Source: a bacterium (GTDB lineage: Bacteria; Patescibacteriota; Minisyncoccia; Minisyncoccales; UBA10102). Taken from it: DNA of 50,301 nt. Of the stretch, positions 32,619 to 41,561 are shown piece after piece; the stretch's first letter is position 1, and every line of letters begins with the position of its first letter. The translations under genes were made by a program, and so were the position numbers. Below the pieces are notes generated by a model. That model had not been told where the DNA came from and searched no databases. It worked only from the letters and a program-made list of their open reading frames with translations. The stretch lies in assembly GCA_030698665.1 (NCBI GenBank), contig JAUYMI010000029.1, positions 1 to 50,301 of the forward strand, in the 5' to 3' direction.

Positions 32619-34334
32619 ATGATTGCAGATGAGTTCAAGGAAGAGATAGAGGAAGCGCTCGTTCTCCTTCAAAAACAAGGAAAGCTTTCCGCAGGCGATC
32701 TGCCCGAGGTTGAGGTTGAGGTTCCGGAGATTCCCGAGCATGGCGACTACTCAACCAACATTGCCCTTCGCCTCTCAAAGCTCACGGAGCAGAGCCCGCA
32801 GGAGACAGCCCATCTTATCGCCGGCGCCCTCAAACACCCTGTCCAGGTGGCGCAGCCGGGATTTTTGAACATGAGTGTTTCGCTTGATCGTCTGGCTGTT
32901 GAGATGGCCGAGATTCTCAAGCAGAAAGAGAGATACGGAAAGGGTTCTGAGTCAAAGAAGATTGTCGTTGAGTACTCAAGCCCGAACATTGCAAAAAGAT
33001 TCGGCATCGGGCATCTGAGGTCCACCATCATCGGGCAGGCGATATACAATCTTTTCTCCTTTCAGGGGAATAGAACGATTGGAGACAATCACCTCGGGGA
33101 CTGGGGAACACAGTTCGGCGCGCTGATCTACCAAATAGAGCGGGTACTTGAAGGGAAGTCGGATTCCGAACGGAAGCACTTCCTCCTCAACTTGAGCGTG
33201 GAGGAGATGGAGCGTCTCTATACGGAGTTTCACCTTCAGGCAGAGAACAATGAGAAGCTGAGAGACGATGCGAGAGCTGCTTTCAAGCGTTTGGAAGACG
33301 GGGACACGTCTACTCGCGAAATCTGGGAGGCATCGCGCAGGATTAGCCTCAAGGAGTTTGACGAAATATATAGCCTGCTCGGGGTTCGCATAGACCATGC
33401 CCTTGGTGAGGCGTTTTTTGAGAAAGACCTTACCGGGATCATTGAGGAGGTGCAGAAGAAAGGCATTGCCAAAGAGAGCCAAGGAGCGCTTATTGTGGAG
33501 TTTGAGGATATGCCTCCCGCTATGTTGAGAAAGTCGGATGGAGCGAGCACATACTTCACTCGCGACCTTGCGACGGCCCGATACCGATTGAAGAAATGGG
33601 AGCCCGATTTTGTCGTTATAGAAACGGGGGCCGAACAATCCCTACACTTCAGGCAGGTTTTCCGCACGGTGGAGTTGTTGGGGTGGGCAAAAGAAGAAGG
33701 GTTTTTTCATGTGGGACACGGGCTGTACCGGACGAAGGAGGGGAAGTTCTCAACGAGACGCGGCAAGACGGTTCAGCTCAAAGAGGTGCTGGAAGATGCC
33801 ATTGAGCGGGCGGAAGAGATTATTGAGGGATCGGCGACAGGCGGACTTGATGAGTATGAGAAGAAAGAAGTTGCCCGTATGGTCGGAATCGGCGGCGTGA
33901 AGTACAACGACCTGGTCCAGCACCCAAGAAAGGACATCGTTTTTGAATGGGATAGGATTCTCAATCTGAGGGGCAACTCGGCAGCTTACATTCAGTACAC
34001 GCATGCGAGGTGCCAGAGCATCCTGGGGAAAGCAAGGACGCCCAGAAGCTCTTCCTACAAAGACATTTCACCAGCGGAGACCTCACTTTTGAGAATTCTT
34101 CAGGGGTTTCCTCTCCAGGCTCGTTTGGCAAGCCAGCGCTTTTCTCCGAACCTTATGTGCTCGTACGCTTTCAGCTTGGCTCAGGCATATAACCACTTCT
34201 ATCAGCAGCACCGGGTGCTGGAGGCCGAGAGCAAGGAGGCAAAGGACTTCCGGCTTTGCCTCACGGCGGCCACGGCCCAGATTCTCAAAACCTCCCTTTC
34301 TCTCCTCGGCATTGAGGCGCCAGAGCGCATGTAG
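32619..34334 (+). CDS. argS: arginyl-tRNA synthetase
   Basis: SPNIAKRFGIGHLRS (HIGH region), the class I core and a DALR anticodon-binding C-terminus ending ...GIEAPERM. The start is taken at ATG 32619 (MIADEFKEE). Confidence 0.92.
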   Translation: MIADEFKEEIEEALVLLQKQGKLSAGDLPEVEVEVPEIPEHGDYSTNIALRLSKLTEQSPQETAHLIAGALKHPVQVAQPGFLNMSVSLDRLAVEMAEILKQKERYGKGSESKKIVVEYSSPNIAKRFGIGHLRSTIIGQAIYNLFSFQGNRTIGDNHLGDWGTQFGALIYQIERVLEGKSDSERKHFLLNLSVEEMERLYTEFHLQAENNEKLRDDARAAFKRLEDGDTSTREIWEASRRISLKEFDEIYSLLGVRIDHALGEAFFEKDLTGIIEEVQKKGIAKESQGALIVEFEDMPPAMLRKSDGASTYFTRDLATARYRLKKWEPDFVVIETGAEQSLHFRQVFRTVELLGWAKEEGFFHVGHGLYRTKEGKFSTRRGKTVQLKEVLEDAIERAEEIIEGSATGGLDEYEKKEVARMVGIGGVKYNDLVQHPRKDIVFEWDRILNLRGNSAAYIQYTHARCQSILGKARTPRSSSYKDISPAETSLLRILQGFPLQARLASQRFSPNLMCSYAFSLAQAYNHFYQQHRVLEAESKEAKDFRLCLTAATAQILKTSLSLLGIEAPERM

Positions 34335-34375
34335 CTCAATTGAAAAAAGGGGTTCTCCGTGATACCTTGTTTCAT

Positions 34376-37300
34376 ATGGAACTCAATCTTCCAAAACTGG
34401 AAGAGCAAATGCTCGCCCGATGGCGGCAGGAGAAGGCCTTTGAGAAATCCCTCTCAAAACGGAAGCGCTCTCCCCGCTTTGTTTTTTACGAAGGCCCTCC
34501 AACGGCAAACGCGGGGCCCGCACTCCATCATGTCCTCTCCCGGGCCTTCAAGGACGTGGTTTTGAGGTATAAGACCATGCGAGGATTTCTGGTTGAGCGC
34601 AAGGCGGGGTGGGATACACACGGGCTTCCCGTGGAGCTGCAGATTGAAAAAAAGCTCGGTCTCACCTCAAGGAAAGAAATTGAAGAGTATGGGATTGCTC
34701 GCTTCAACAAGCAGTGCCGGGACTCAGTGTGGAAGTTCAAGGGAGAGTGGGAGAAGCTGACGGAGAGAATCGGATTCTGGCTGGATACAGATCATCCCTA
34801 CATTACCTACGAGACACCGTATATTGAATCGTTGTGGTGGATCATCAAACAGTTTGCGGACAGAAAGCTCCTGTACCGTGATTACAAAGTGGTTCCATAC
34901 TGTCCGAGGTGCGGCACCTCTCTTTCTTCCCACGAGCTTGCCCAGGGGTACAAGACCGTGAAGGATACTTCCGTGTACGTGAGTTTCCGGGTCGTTAAAG
35001 GGAAGGCACATATTCCTGTGGGCACATCGCTTGTTGCCTGGACCACGACTCCATGGACTCTGCCTGGAAACGTAGCCCTGGCCGTGAACCCAAAGGTCTC
35101 ATACGCGCTTGTCAAAAAAGATGGGAAGAACTTTGTGGTTGCAAAAGAGCGTGTGTCGCAGGTGTTCGGGGAGAATGCAGAGGTTGTTGAGCGCTTTGTG
35201 GGCAGGGAGCTTGTGGGACTCACATATGAGCCACTCTTTCGCTTTGGCAAGCCCGAGGAAGGCAAAAAGGTGTGGGAGGTTGTCCCAGCTGACTTTGTCT
35301 CTATGCAAGAGGGAACCGGTATTGTGCACACTGCCGTTGCCTATGGAGTTGATGACTTTGAGCTGGGGAAAAAAGAGGGCCTTGCCATGCTGCACTTGGT
35401 GGACAGTGAGGGGAAGTTCACGAGCGATGTCGCGCCGTGGGCCGGGATCCGCGTGATGGATGCCAACCTATCCATCATCCAGCATCTCAAGCAGTCGGGG
35501 CATGTGCTTTACCAAGAAGAGATTGAACACGAGTATCCCTTTTGCTGGAGGTGTTCAACGCCACTTCTGTACTACGCAAAGGAGTCCTGGTTTGTTGCCA
35601 TGAGTCGCCTCAAGGATCAACTTCTCTTCAATAACAGTAAGGTGAACTGGGTGCCTTCGCACATTAAAGAGGGAAGGTTTGGCTCTTGGCTAGCTGAGGT
35701 GAAGGACTGGGCGTTTTCCCGCGACCGGTACTGGGGAACTCCCTTGCCCATCTGGGAGTGCGCGAAGTGCGGAGCGCATGTTGTCATAGGATCCCTCCGC
35801 GAGCTTTCAGAGAGGCAGGTGTCTCAGAATACGTATTTTACCATGCGCCACGGCCACTCAGAGCGTCAGGAGCTCAAGGGCAACATCATCTCCTGCTGGC
35901 CCGAGAAAAAGGAACTTCACCTGACGGAAAAAGGAAGGCGCGAGGTCAGGAAGGCTGCTCAAGAACTCAAGAAAAAGAAGATAGATGTCATCTTGACTTC
36001 AGACCTTATGCGCACGAGAGAGACCTCAGAGATTCTTGGGGCAGAGCTTGGTATCAAGCCAAGGATTGAGAAGGCTCTTCGTGAGATTGACGTTGGTAAA
36101 CTCAACGGAAAACCGCTCAACGAGGTTGCCGCATATTGGAGACGGGAGAGCCAGACGCCGTCTGAGCACTACCGTTTGAGATTTGAGCTTTCAGCCCCCG
36201 GAGGGGAAAGCTATCGCGACGTTGAAAAAAGGGTGTACCGGTTGCTCTTGAAGCTTGAAAAGCAGTATCACGGGAAAAATATTCTTTTGGTTTCCCATCA
36301 GCGAGTCATCTCGCTCATGGAGGTGGCCGTCCGCGGCTTGAGCCGTGATGAGGCGGCAAAATATTGGAAGGCGCATGATCCTGAAACCGCAGAGTGGAGA
36401 AAGGCCGAGTTCCATCAGCTTCCCTATAATGACGACATGGAGCTTGACCTGCACCGTCCGTACATAGACAGCGTTGTCTTGCCGTGTGACTCCTGCACGA
36501 AAGGAGAGATGAGGAGGGTGAGGGAAGTAGTTGATGTCTGGTTTGACTCGGGAGCCATGCCCTTTGCCCAGCTCCACTACCCCTTTGAGAACAAGGCGGC
36601 GATTAATGGGAAGACATGGTTCCCGGCCGACTACATCACAGAAGCCATTGATCAGACGCGGGGCTGGTTCTACACCCTTTTAGCCGTTGCCACGGCTCTG
36701 GGGAAGGGGACCCCGTACAAGAACGTCATCTCCTTGGGGCACATCATGGATGAGAATGGAGAGAAGATGTCAAAGTCCAAGGGAAACATCGTGAATCCCT
36801 GGGAGGCTGTTTCTCGCTATGGGGCTGACGCAATTCGTTGGCACTTCTATACGGCTTCCTCACCCGGGGATTCTAAGCCCTTTGCCGAACAGGAAATTCA
36901 GCTCACGATCAGAAAGTTCATCCTGACCATTTGGAACTCATACCTTTTCTATGAAACATATAAGCCAGAAGGCCTCCGTGTCTCAAAAAGTTCCCACGTG
37001 TTGGATCGATGGATCCTTTCCCGTCTTCAATCTTTGCGAAACGAGATGACTCTCCAGATGGATACCTATGACATCACGGGTGCTGCCCGCGCGCTGGAGA
37101 GATTTGTCATTGACGACGTATCTTTGTGGTACGTCAGGCGCTCCCGTTCCAGGTTCCAGAACCCGAGCTCCCAAAAGGAGCTCCGGGAAGCAGCCTCAAC
37201 CCTTAGACTGGTATTGGAGGAGATTTCGTGTCTTGCGGCCCCCTTCATTCCTTTTTTGTCTGATTTCATGTACCGGTCCTTATCTCAAAAGCAAGAAAGC

Positions 37301-37849
37301 GTGCACTGGGTCCGTTGGCCAAAGGAAGCTGGGGCCTATTTGAACGTCAAGCTGGAACAAGAGATGGAGAGGGCCCGAGACGTGGTACAAAGGGGGCTGA
37401 GCCAGCGCTCGCGCCACAGCATCAAGGTTCGGCAGCCCTTGGCATCCCTGAGCTCCGGAGAGCGCTTCTCGCTCGAGGTTGCAGAGATTATTGCTGAAGA
37501 GCTCAATGTGAAAAAGCTGATTCACCTCTCTTCGCTGGGGTCCGACGTTCGCTTTGATACCGTTATTACGCCCGTCCTCAAGGCGGAGGGACAGCTCAGA
37601 GAGCTCTTCCGCCGTATTCAGGACATGCGCAAGCGGGCCGGGTACAAGCCCTCAGAGAAAGTAGAGCTCTGGTATGATGGGGATTCCCGGCTTACCACGA
37701 TGATACAAGAGAACGCCGAGAGTATCCGCCACCAGCTTCGGGTGGCTGACCTGAGAGCAGGAGACCGGCCCAAACTGGTATTTGATATTGAAGAGGAGTT
37801 CACGGTTGACGGAAACCGTCTGGGCCTTCATATGAGACGAGCTGCATGA
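34376..37849 (+). CDS. ileS: isoleucyl-tRNA synthetase (type 2) with an inserted histidine-phosphatase-like domain
   Basis: HIGH region (PTANAGPALHHV), CP1 editing (TTTPWTLPGN), zinc knuckle halves (WECAKCG ... LPCDSC), DVWFDSG, KMSKSKGN. The start is taken at ATG 34376 (the ORF track starts at TTG 34340). Confidence 0.93.
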   Translation: MELNLPKLEEQMLARWRQEKAFEKSLSKRKRSPRFVFYEGPPTANAGPALHHVLSRAFKDVVLRYKTMRGFLVERKAGWDTHGLPVELQIEKKLGLTSRKEIEEYGIARFNKQCRDSVWKFKGEWEKLTERIGFWLDTDHPYITYETPYIESLWWIIKQFADRKLLYRDYKVVPYCPRCGTSLSSHELAQGYKTVKDTSVYVSFRVVKGKAHIPVGTSLVAWTTTPWTLPGNVALAVNPKVSYALVKKDGKNFVVAKERVSQVFGENAEVVERFVGRELVGLTYEPLFRFGKPEEGKKVWEVVPADFVSMQEGTGIVHTAVAYGVDDFELGKKEGLAMLHLVDSEGKFTSDVAPWAGIRVMDANLSIIQHLKQSGHVLYQEEIEHEYPFCWRCSTPLLYYAKESWFVAMSRLKDQLLFNNSKVNWVPSHIKEGRFGSWLAEVKDWAFSRDRYWGTPLPIWECAKCGAHVVIGSLRELSERQVSQNTYFTMRHGHSERQELKGNIISCWPEKKELHLTEKGRREVRKAAQELKKKKIDVILTSDLMRTRETSEILGAELGIKPRIEKALREIDVGKLNGKPLNEVAAYWRRESQTPSEHYRLRFELSAPGGESYRDVEKRVYRLLLKLEKQYHGKNILLVSHQRVISLMEVAVRGLSRDEAAKYWKAHDPETAEWRKAEFHQLPYNDDMELDLHRPYIDSVVLPCDSCTKGEMRRVREVVDVWFDSGAMPFAQLHYPFENKAAINGKTWFPADYITEAIDQTRGWFYTLLAVATALGKGTPYKNVISLGHIMDENGEKMSKSKGNIVNPWEAVSRYGADAIRWHFYTASSPGDSKPFAEQEIQLTIRKFILTIWNSYLFYETYKPEGLRVSKSSHVLDRWILSRLQSLRNEMTLQMDTYDITGAARALERFVIDDVSLWYVRRSRSRFQNPSSQKELREAASTLRLVLEEISCLAAPFIPFLSDFMYRSLSQKQESVHWVRWPKEAGAYLNVKLEQEMERARDVVQRGLSQRSRHSIKVRQPLASLSSGERFSLEVAEIIAEELNVKKLIHLSSLGSDVRFDTVITPVLKAEGQLRELFRRIQDMRKRAGYKPSEKVELWYDGDSRLTTMIQENAESIRHQLRVADLRAGDRPKLVFDIEEEFTVDGNRLGLHMRRAA
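35816..36445 (+). other. histidine phosphatase (PGAM-like, branch 1) domain inserted in IleRS
   Basis: YFTMRHGHSE, LTEKGRREVRKAAQELKKKKIDVILTSDLMRTRETSEIL, LREIDVGKLNGKPLNEV, PGGESYRDVEKRV, NILLVSHQRVISLM. The segment is in frame and flanked by IleRS motifs. Confidence 0.7.
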
Positions 37850-38541
37850 GGAGGCACGTGACGCAGGCCTACATTCTCACAAAATACCTCAGAGGGGAGG
37901 CCGATTCTCTCTGTGTGGTGTTCACAAAAGATTTTGGCAAGCTTGTTCTCAGGGCAGGGGGAGAGCATAAGATTACCTCAAAGCTCAGGGGAGGATTGGA
38001 GCCTCTTTCGCTCTCCACCCTGGAGTTCGTGGAAGTCAGGACGATGAGGATCACGGATGCCGTATCTTCTCATCGCTTTCCCAGCATTAAGAGGAACTTG
38101 TCCCGCCAGAGGACCGCGCGAGCCATAGTTGAGCTGACGGATGCGATGATGCGGGAAGGGGAGCCCGATGAGAAAGTGTGGCTGCTCTTAGAGGAGTGCT
38201 TCTTCCGTCTCTCCGCCTCCATCTCAAACTCCCCGCTTCTCTACTACTACTTCCTCTGGAAGATACTTTTGATTTTGGGGTACGCCCTAAAGGTTTCCTC
38301 GTGTGTCTTCTGTGGTCTCCCTATCGGGGGCCCCGCCGCTCTGGATGCTGAGAACGGAGGATTCAGGTGTTCTGCCTGCTGCAAAAACCCCGACACCCTT
38401 GTACCAGCAGAGGTTTTCTCGGCCGTCAGGACATTTCTCAACGGTACCCCGGGTCTTTTGTCTCAGACCTCATTCCACCACAAGGGCCTCGGAGAGATCT
38501 CCGAGGCCTACCTTTCGTATGTGAAGGAAGTTGTGCAATAA
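37846..38541 (+). CDS. recO: DNA repair protein RecO
   Basis: OB-fold N-terminus (QAYILTKYLRGEADSLCVVFTKDFGKL) and zinc motif CVFCG...CSAC. ATGA overlap with ileS. Confidence 0.8.
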   Translation: MRRHVTQAYILTKYLRGEADSLCVVFTKDFGKLVLRAGGEHKITSKLRGGLEPLSLSTLEFVEVRTMRITDAVSSHRFPSIKRNLSRQRTARAIVELTDAMMREGEPDEKVWLLLEECFFRLSASISNSPLLYYYFLWKILLILGYALKVSSCVFCGLPIGGPAALDAENGGFRCSACCKNPDTLVPAEVFSAVRTFLNGTPGLLSQTSFHHKGLGEISEAYLSYVKEVVQ

Positions 38542-38548
38542 TGGAGGC

Positions 38549-40195
38549 ATGACACGGAAAACATCTCTCGTCTTTGCACTCGGAGCCATTATCCTGCTTT
38601 TTGGGATGGGTGTTTTCATATGGCAGCGCAACTCATATTCAAAAGACGTCGTGCGTTTGGAGGTGCTTGCTCCAAAGGAAGTGGAGGCAGGGGAAGAGAT
38701 AACGTACAAGGTGACCTTCAAGAATAATGGGAACGCGGCGCTGGAAAATGTGCGTCTCTCCTTTGAGTTCCCCAAAGGCAGCGCTCCAAAGGAGGGGGGA
38801 GCCTTGAGAAAAAACATTGAGGTGGATGACATCTATCCTGGGCAGGAGGGAAGCCATGACTTTGCGGGCCGGCTCTTTGGCGCAGAGCAGGAAGTCCTGG
38901 AGGCCGCAGCCGAGCTTTCCTATACCCCCCGCAACCTGACGGCCACCTTTAGGTCCAAGACCATCTTTGTCAGCACCATCACCTTTGTCCCCCTGACCTT
39001 TGAAATGGATGTTCCCTCCCGAGCCCCGTCTGATCAGCAGATTGAGTTTTCCCTGAACTATTTCTCCAACATTGACTACCCGCTTTCCGACCTCAGAATC
39101 CAACTGCAGTACCCGGACAGCTTTGAGTTTCAGAGTTCTACCCCCGTTTCCCTATCTGAAAACGAGTGGGCGCTCCCGCTTTTGAACCGCGCTGACGGGG
39201 GGCGTATCTCCGTCAAGGGCGTGCTTCGAGGAAGCGCGGGAGACGACAAGCTCTTCCGGGCACTCATGGGAACCTGGAAGGAAGGAGAGTTCACGGTCTT
39301 CAAGGAAGTTACAAAGGGCGTTGAGGTTGTGGCTCCTCAGTTGTTTCTCTCGCAGGTGGTGAATGGATCCGTTGCCCACGTAGCGTCTCCGGGGGAGCAG
39401 CTGAACTACGAGATATATTTTAAGAACGTTTCAGACAAGAGCTTTGAGAATTTCTTTTTGGTGGTTGATCTTTCAGGGCGTCCTCTGGACTCAGCTTCGG
39501 TAGTTGCTCCCAACGGCAGTTTTTCTAAGAGCTCCTCTTCCATCATATGGGAGGCGGGGAGCAATCCGAGTCTCAGGTTTCTCGGCAAGGGAGAGGAAGG
39601 AAGTGTCTCCTTCTCGGTCAAGGTGCGCGATGGATGGGATATCGTAAGTCCCCAGGAGAAGAACTTTGCCATTCACACCGTACTCCAACTCTCAGACGTG
39701 AAAGAAGAGTTTGACGTAAAGGTGAACTCCGAGCTTGGCCTCACCCAGAGCGTTCACTATCAGGACGCCACCTTCTCTAATTCAGGACCCCTGCCCCCGC
39801 AGGTCGGTCAGGCGACAACATACACCGTGCTTTGGCGCGCAGAGAATCAGTACAACGATGTTCGTTCTGCAACCGTCAGAGCCCGTCTGCCCCAGGGAGT
39901 TGAGATGACGGGGTCCGTCTTTCCCATCGGTTCCCCGGTGGTCTTTGACTCGGTTTCGCGTGAAGTGGTATGGGAGGTAGGAGGGATGGGGGCGGCTTCC
40001 GGCATCCTGACTCCTGCCCCATCGGTTGCCTTCCAGGTGAGGCAGACCCCTACGGCTTCCCAACTCGGAACGTCTCTGGAGATTATATCTGAGGCCAGGA
40101 TTACCGCTGAGGACGATTACACCGGACGCCAGCTTTTTTCCTCATCTCCCCGGGTCACGACGAATCAGGTTGAGGGAGGAGGAGGTGTCCAATGA
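38549..40195 (+). CDS. membrane-anchored protein with four DUF11/CARDB-like beta-sandwich repeats (hypothetical)
   Basis: N-terminal TM segment (LVFALGAIILLFGMGVFIW). Repeated units include GEEITYKVTFKNNGNAALENVRLSFEFP, GEQLNYEIYFKNVSDKSFENFFLVVDL and GQATTYTVLWRAENQYNDVRSATVRARLP. Confidence 0.65.
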   Translation: MTRKTSLVFALGAIILLFGMGVFIWQRNSYSKDVVRLEVLAPKEVEAGEEITYKVTFKNNGNAALENVRLSFEFPKGSAPKEGGALRKNIEVDDIYPGQEGSHDFAGRLFGAEQEVLEAAAELSYTPRNLTATFRSKTIFVSTITFVPLTFEMDVPSRAPSDQQIEFSLNYFSNIDYPLSDLRIQLQYPDSFEFQSSTPVSLSENEWALPLLNRADGGRISVKGVLRGSAGDDKLFRALMGTWKEGEFTVFKEVTKGVEVVAPQLFLSQVVNGSVAHVASPGEQLNYEIYFKNVSDKSFENFFLVVDLSGRPLDSASVVAPNGSFSKSSSSIIWEAGSNPSLRFLGKGEEGSVSFSVKVRDGWDIVSPQEKNFAIHTVLQLSDVKEEFDVKVNSELGLTQSVHYQDATFSNSGPLPPQVGQATTYTVLWRAENQYNDVRSATVRARLPQGVEMTGSVFPIGSPVVFDSVSREVVWEVGGMGAASGILTPAPSVAFQVRQTPTASQLGTSLEIISEARITAEDDYTGRQLFSSSPRVTTNQVEGGGGVQ

Positions 40196-40196
40196 C

Positions 40197-41561
40197 ATGA
40201 ACAACGAGATGAAAGACATCGTATCATTAGCAAAACGAAGGGGATTCATCTTCCCCTCTTCTGAGATATATGGAGGAGTGGAGGCCTTGTGGGATTACGG
40301 TCCTCTGGGAGCCGCCACAAAGCAGAATATCAAGGATGCGTGGATCTCGCGCTTTGTGCGGGAGCAGGACAGCATGGTGCTCATTGATGCTGCCATAATC
40401 ATGCACCCTGCGGTCTGGAAGGCCTCAGGACACTTAGAGAACTTCACTGATCCCCTCATTGAGTGCAAGACCTGCAATGCCAGATTTCGGGCTGATCACA
40501 TGATGGACGGCAGGTTTGTTGGTCAGGGAGAGGCAAAGGAGAAAAATCAGTGTCCGAATTGCGGAGACCGCGACTTCACGCAGCCCAAGGATTTCAACCT
40601 CATGTTTAAGACCTTCCTGGGCCCCGTGGAGGATTCTGCCAACACAGCATACCTGAGGCCCGAGACGGCGCAGGCTATGTTCACGGACTTCAAGCTCGTG
40701 CAAGAGTCCATGCGCCTCAAGCTCCCATTCGGGATTGCGCAGATCGGCAAGTCCTTTCGCAACGAGATCACCACGGGCAACTTCACGTTTCGCTCCCGCG
40801 AGTTTGAGATTGCGGAGGCTGAGTTCTTCGTGCGCCCGGGCGAGGACGAGAAATGGTTTGAGTATTGGCTGGATCAGTGGGAAAAGTTCTTTGTGGATAT
40901 GGGATTGAACCCAAAGAAGCTGAGGAGGTATGAGCATCCCAAAAACTCCCTCGCCCACTACTCAAAGCGTACCGTGGACATTGAGTATGAGTTTCCCTTT
41001 GGGTGGTCGGAGCTCGGGGGAGTTGCCAACCGCACCGACTTTGATTTGCGACAGCACGAGAAGGCATCAGGCAAGGACCTTTCGTATCTTGATGAGGAGT
41101 CGGGCAAGAAAATCATTCCCTATGTCATTGAGCCTACGCTGGGCATTGAGCGCCTGCTCTTGGCCCTGCTTCTTGACTCCTACCGCGTCGTGAAGGGGGG
41201 AAGGAGCACCACTACCAAGTCAGTGAAAGAGGAGGAGGTGATGCTGGATCTCAGGCCCCAGATAGCTCCCGTGAAGGTTGCGGTCTTCCCTCTGTTGCGC
41301 AACAAGCCGGAGCTTGTGTCCAAAGCTAGAGAGATTTTTGAGGAGTTGAGAAAGCATTTCGCGTGCCAGTATGACGAAACAGGGGCTGTGGGCAGGAGAT
41401 ACCGAAGGCAGGACGAGATCGGAACTCCCTTTGCCGTCACTGTGGACTTTGAGACATTGGAGCAGGGGAGCGTAACCTTGCGGGATCGCAACACCATGGA
41501 GCAAGAGCGCGTGCAAATAACCCAACTGAAAGATGTCATCTCAAAGCGCCTCAAAGCATAA
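40197..41561 (+). CDS. glyQS: glycyl-tRNA synthetase (class II, homodimeric type)
   Basis: FIFPSSEIYGG, motif 2 FRNEITTGNFTFRSREFEIAEAEFF, motif 3 GIERLLLALL. A GGAGGAGGAGG Shine-Dalgarno lies upstream. Confidence 0.92.
   Translation: MNNEMKDIVSLAKRRGFIFPSSEIYGGVEALWDYGPLGAATKQNIKDAWISRFVREQDSMVLIDAAIIMHPAVWKASGHLENFTDPLIECKTCNARFRADHMMDGRFVGQGEAKEKNQCPNCGDRDFTQPKDFNLMFKTFLGPVEDSANTAYLRPETAQAMFTDFKLVQESMRLKLPFGIAQIGKSFRNEITTGNFTFRSREFEIAEAEFFVRPGEDEKWFEYWLDQWEKFFVDMGLNPKKLRRYEHPKNSLAHYSKRTVDIEYEFPFGWSELGGVANRTDFDLRQHEKASGKDLSYLDEESGKKIIPYVIEPTLGIERLLLALLLDSYRVVKGGRSTTTKSVKEEEVMLDLRPQIAPVKVAVFPLLRNKPELVSKAREIFEELRKHFACQYDETGAVGRRYRRQDEIGTPFAVTVDFETLEQGSVTLRDRNTMEQERVQITQLKDVISKRLKA

Noticed and set aside
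32976-33667. 220-aa and 143-aa minus-strand ORFs inside argS
   Set aside because: They are antisense shadow ORFs within a gene whose plus frame carries the ArgRS motifs. They have no start context or motifs.
40434-40958. 174-aa minus-strand ORF inside glyQS
   Set aside because: It is an antisense shadow ORF. The plus frame carries GlyRS class II motifs 2 and 3.
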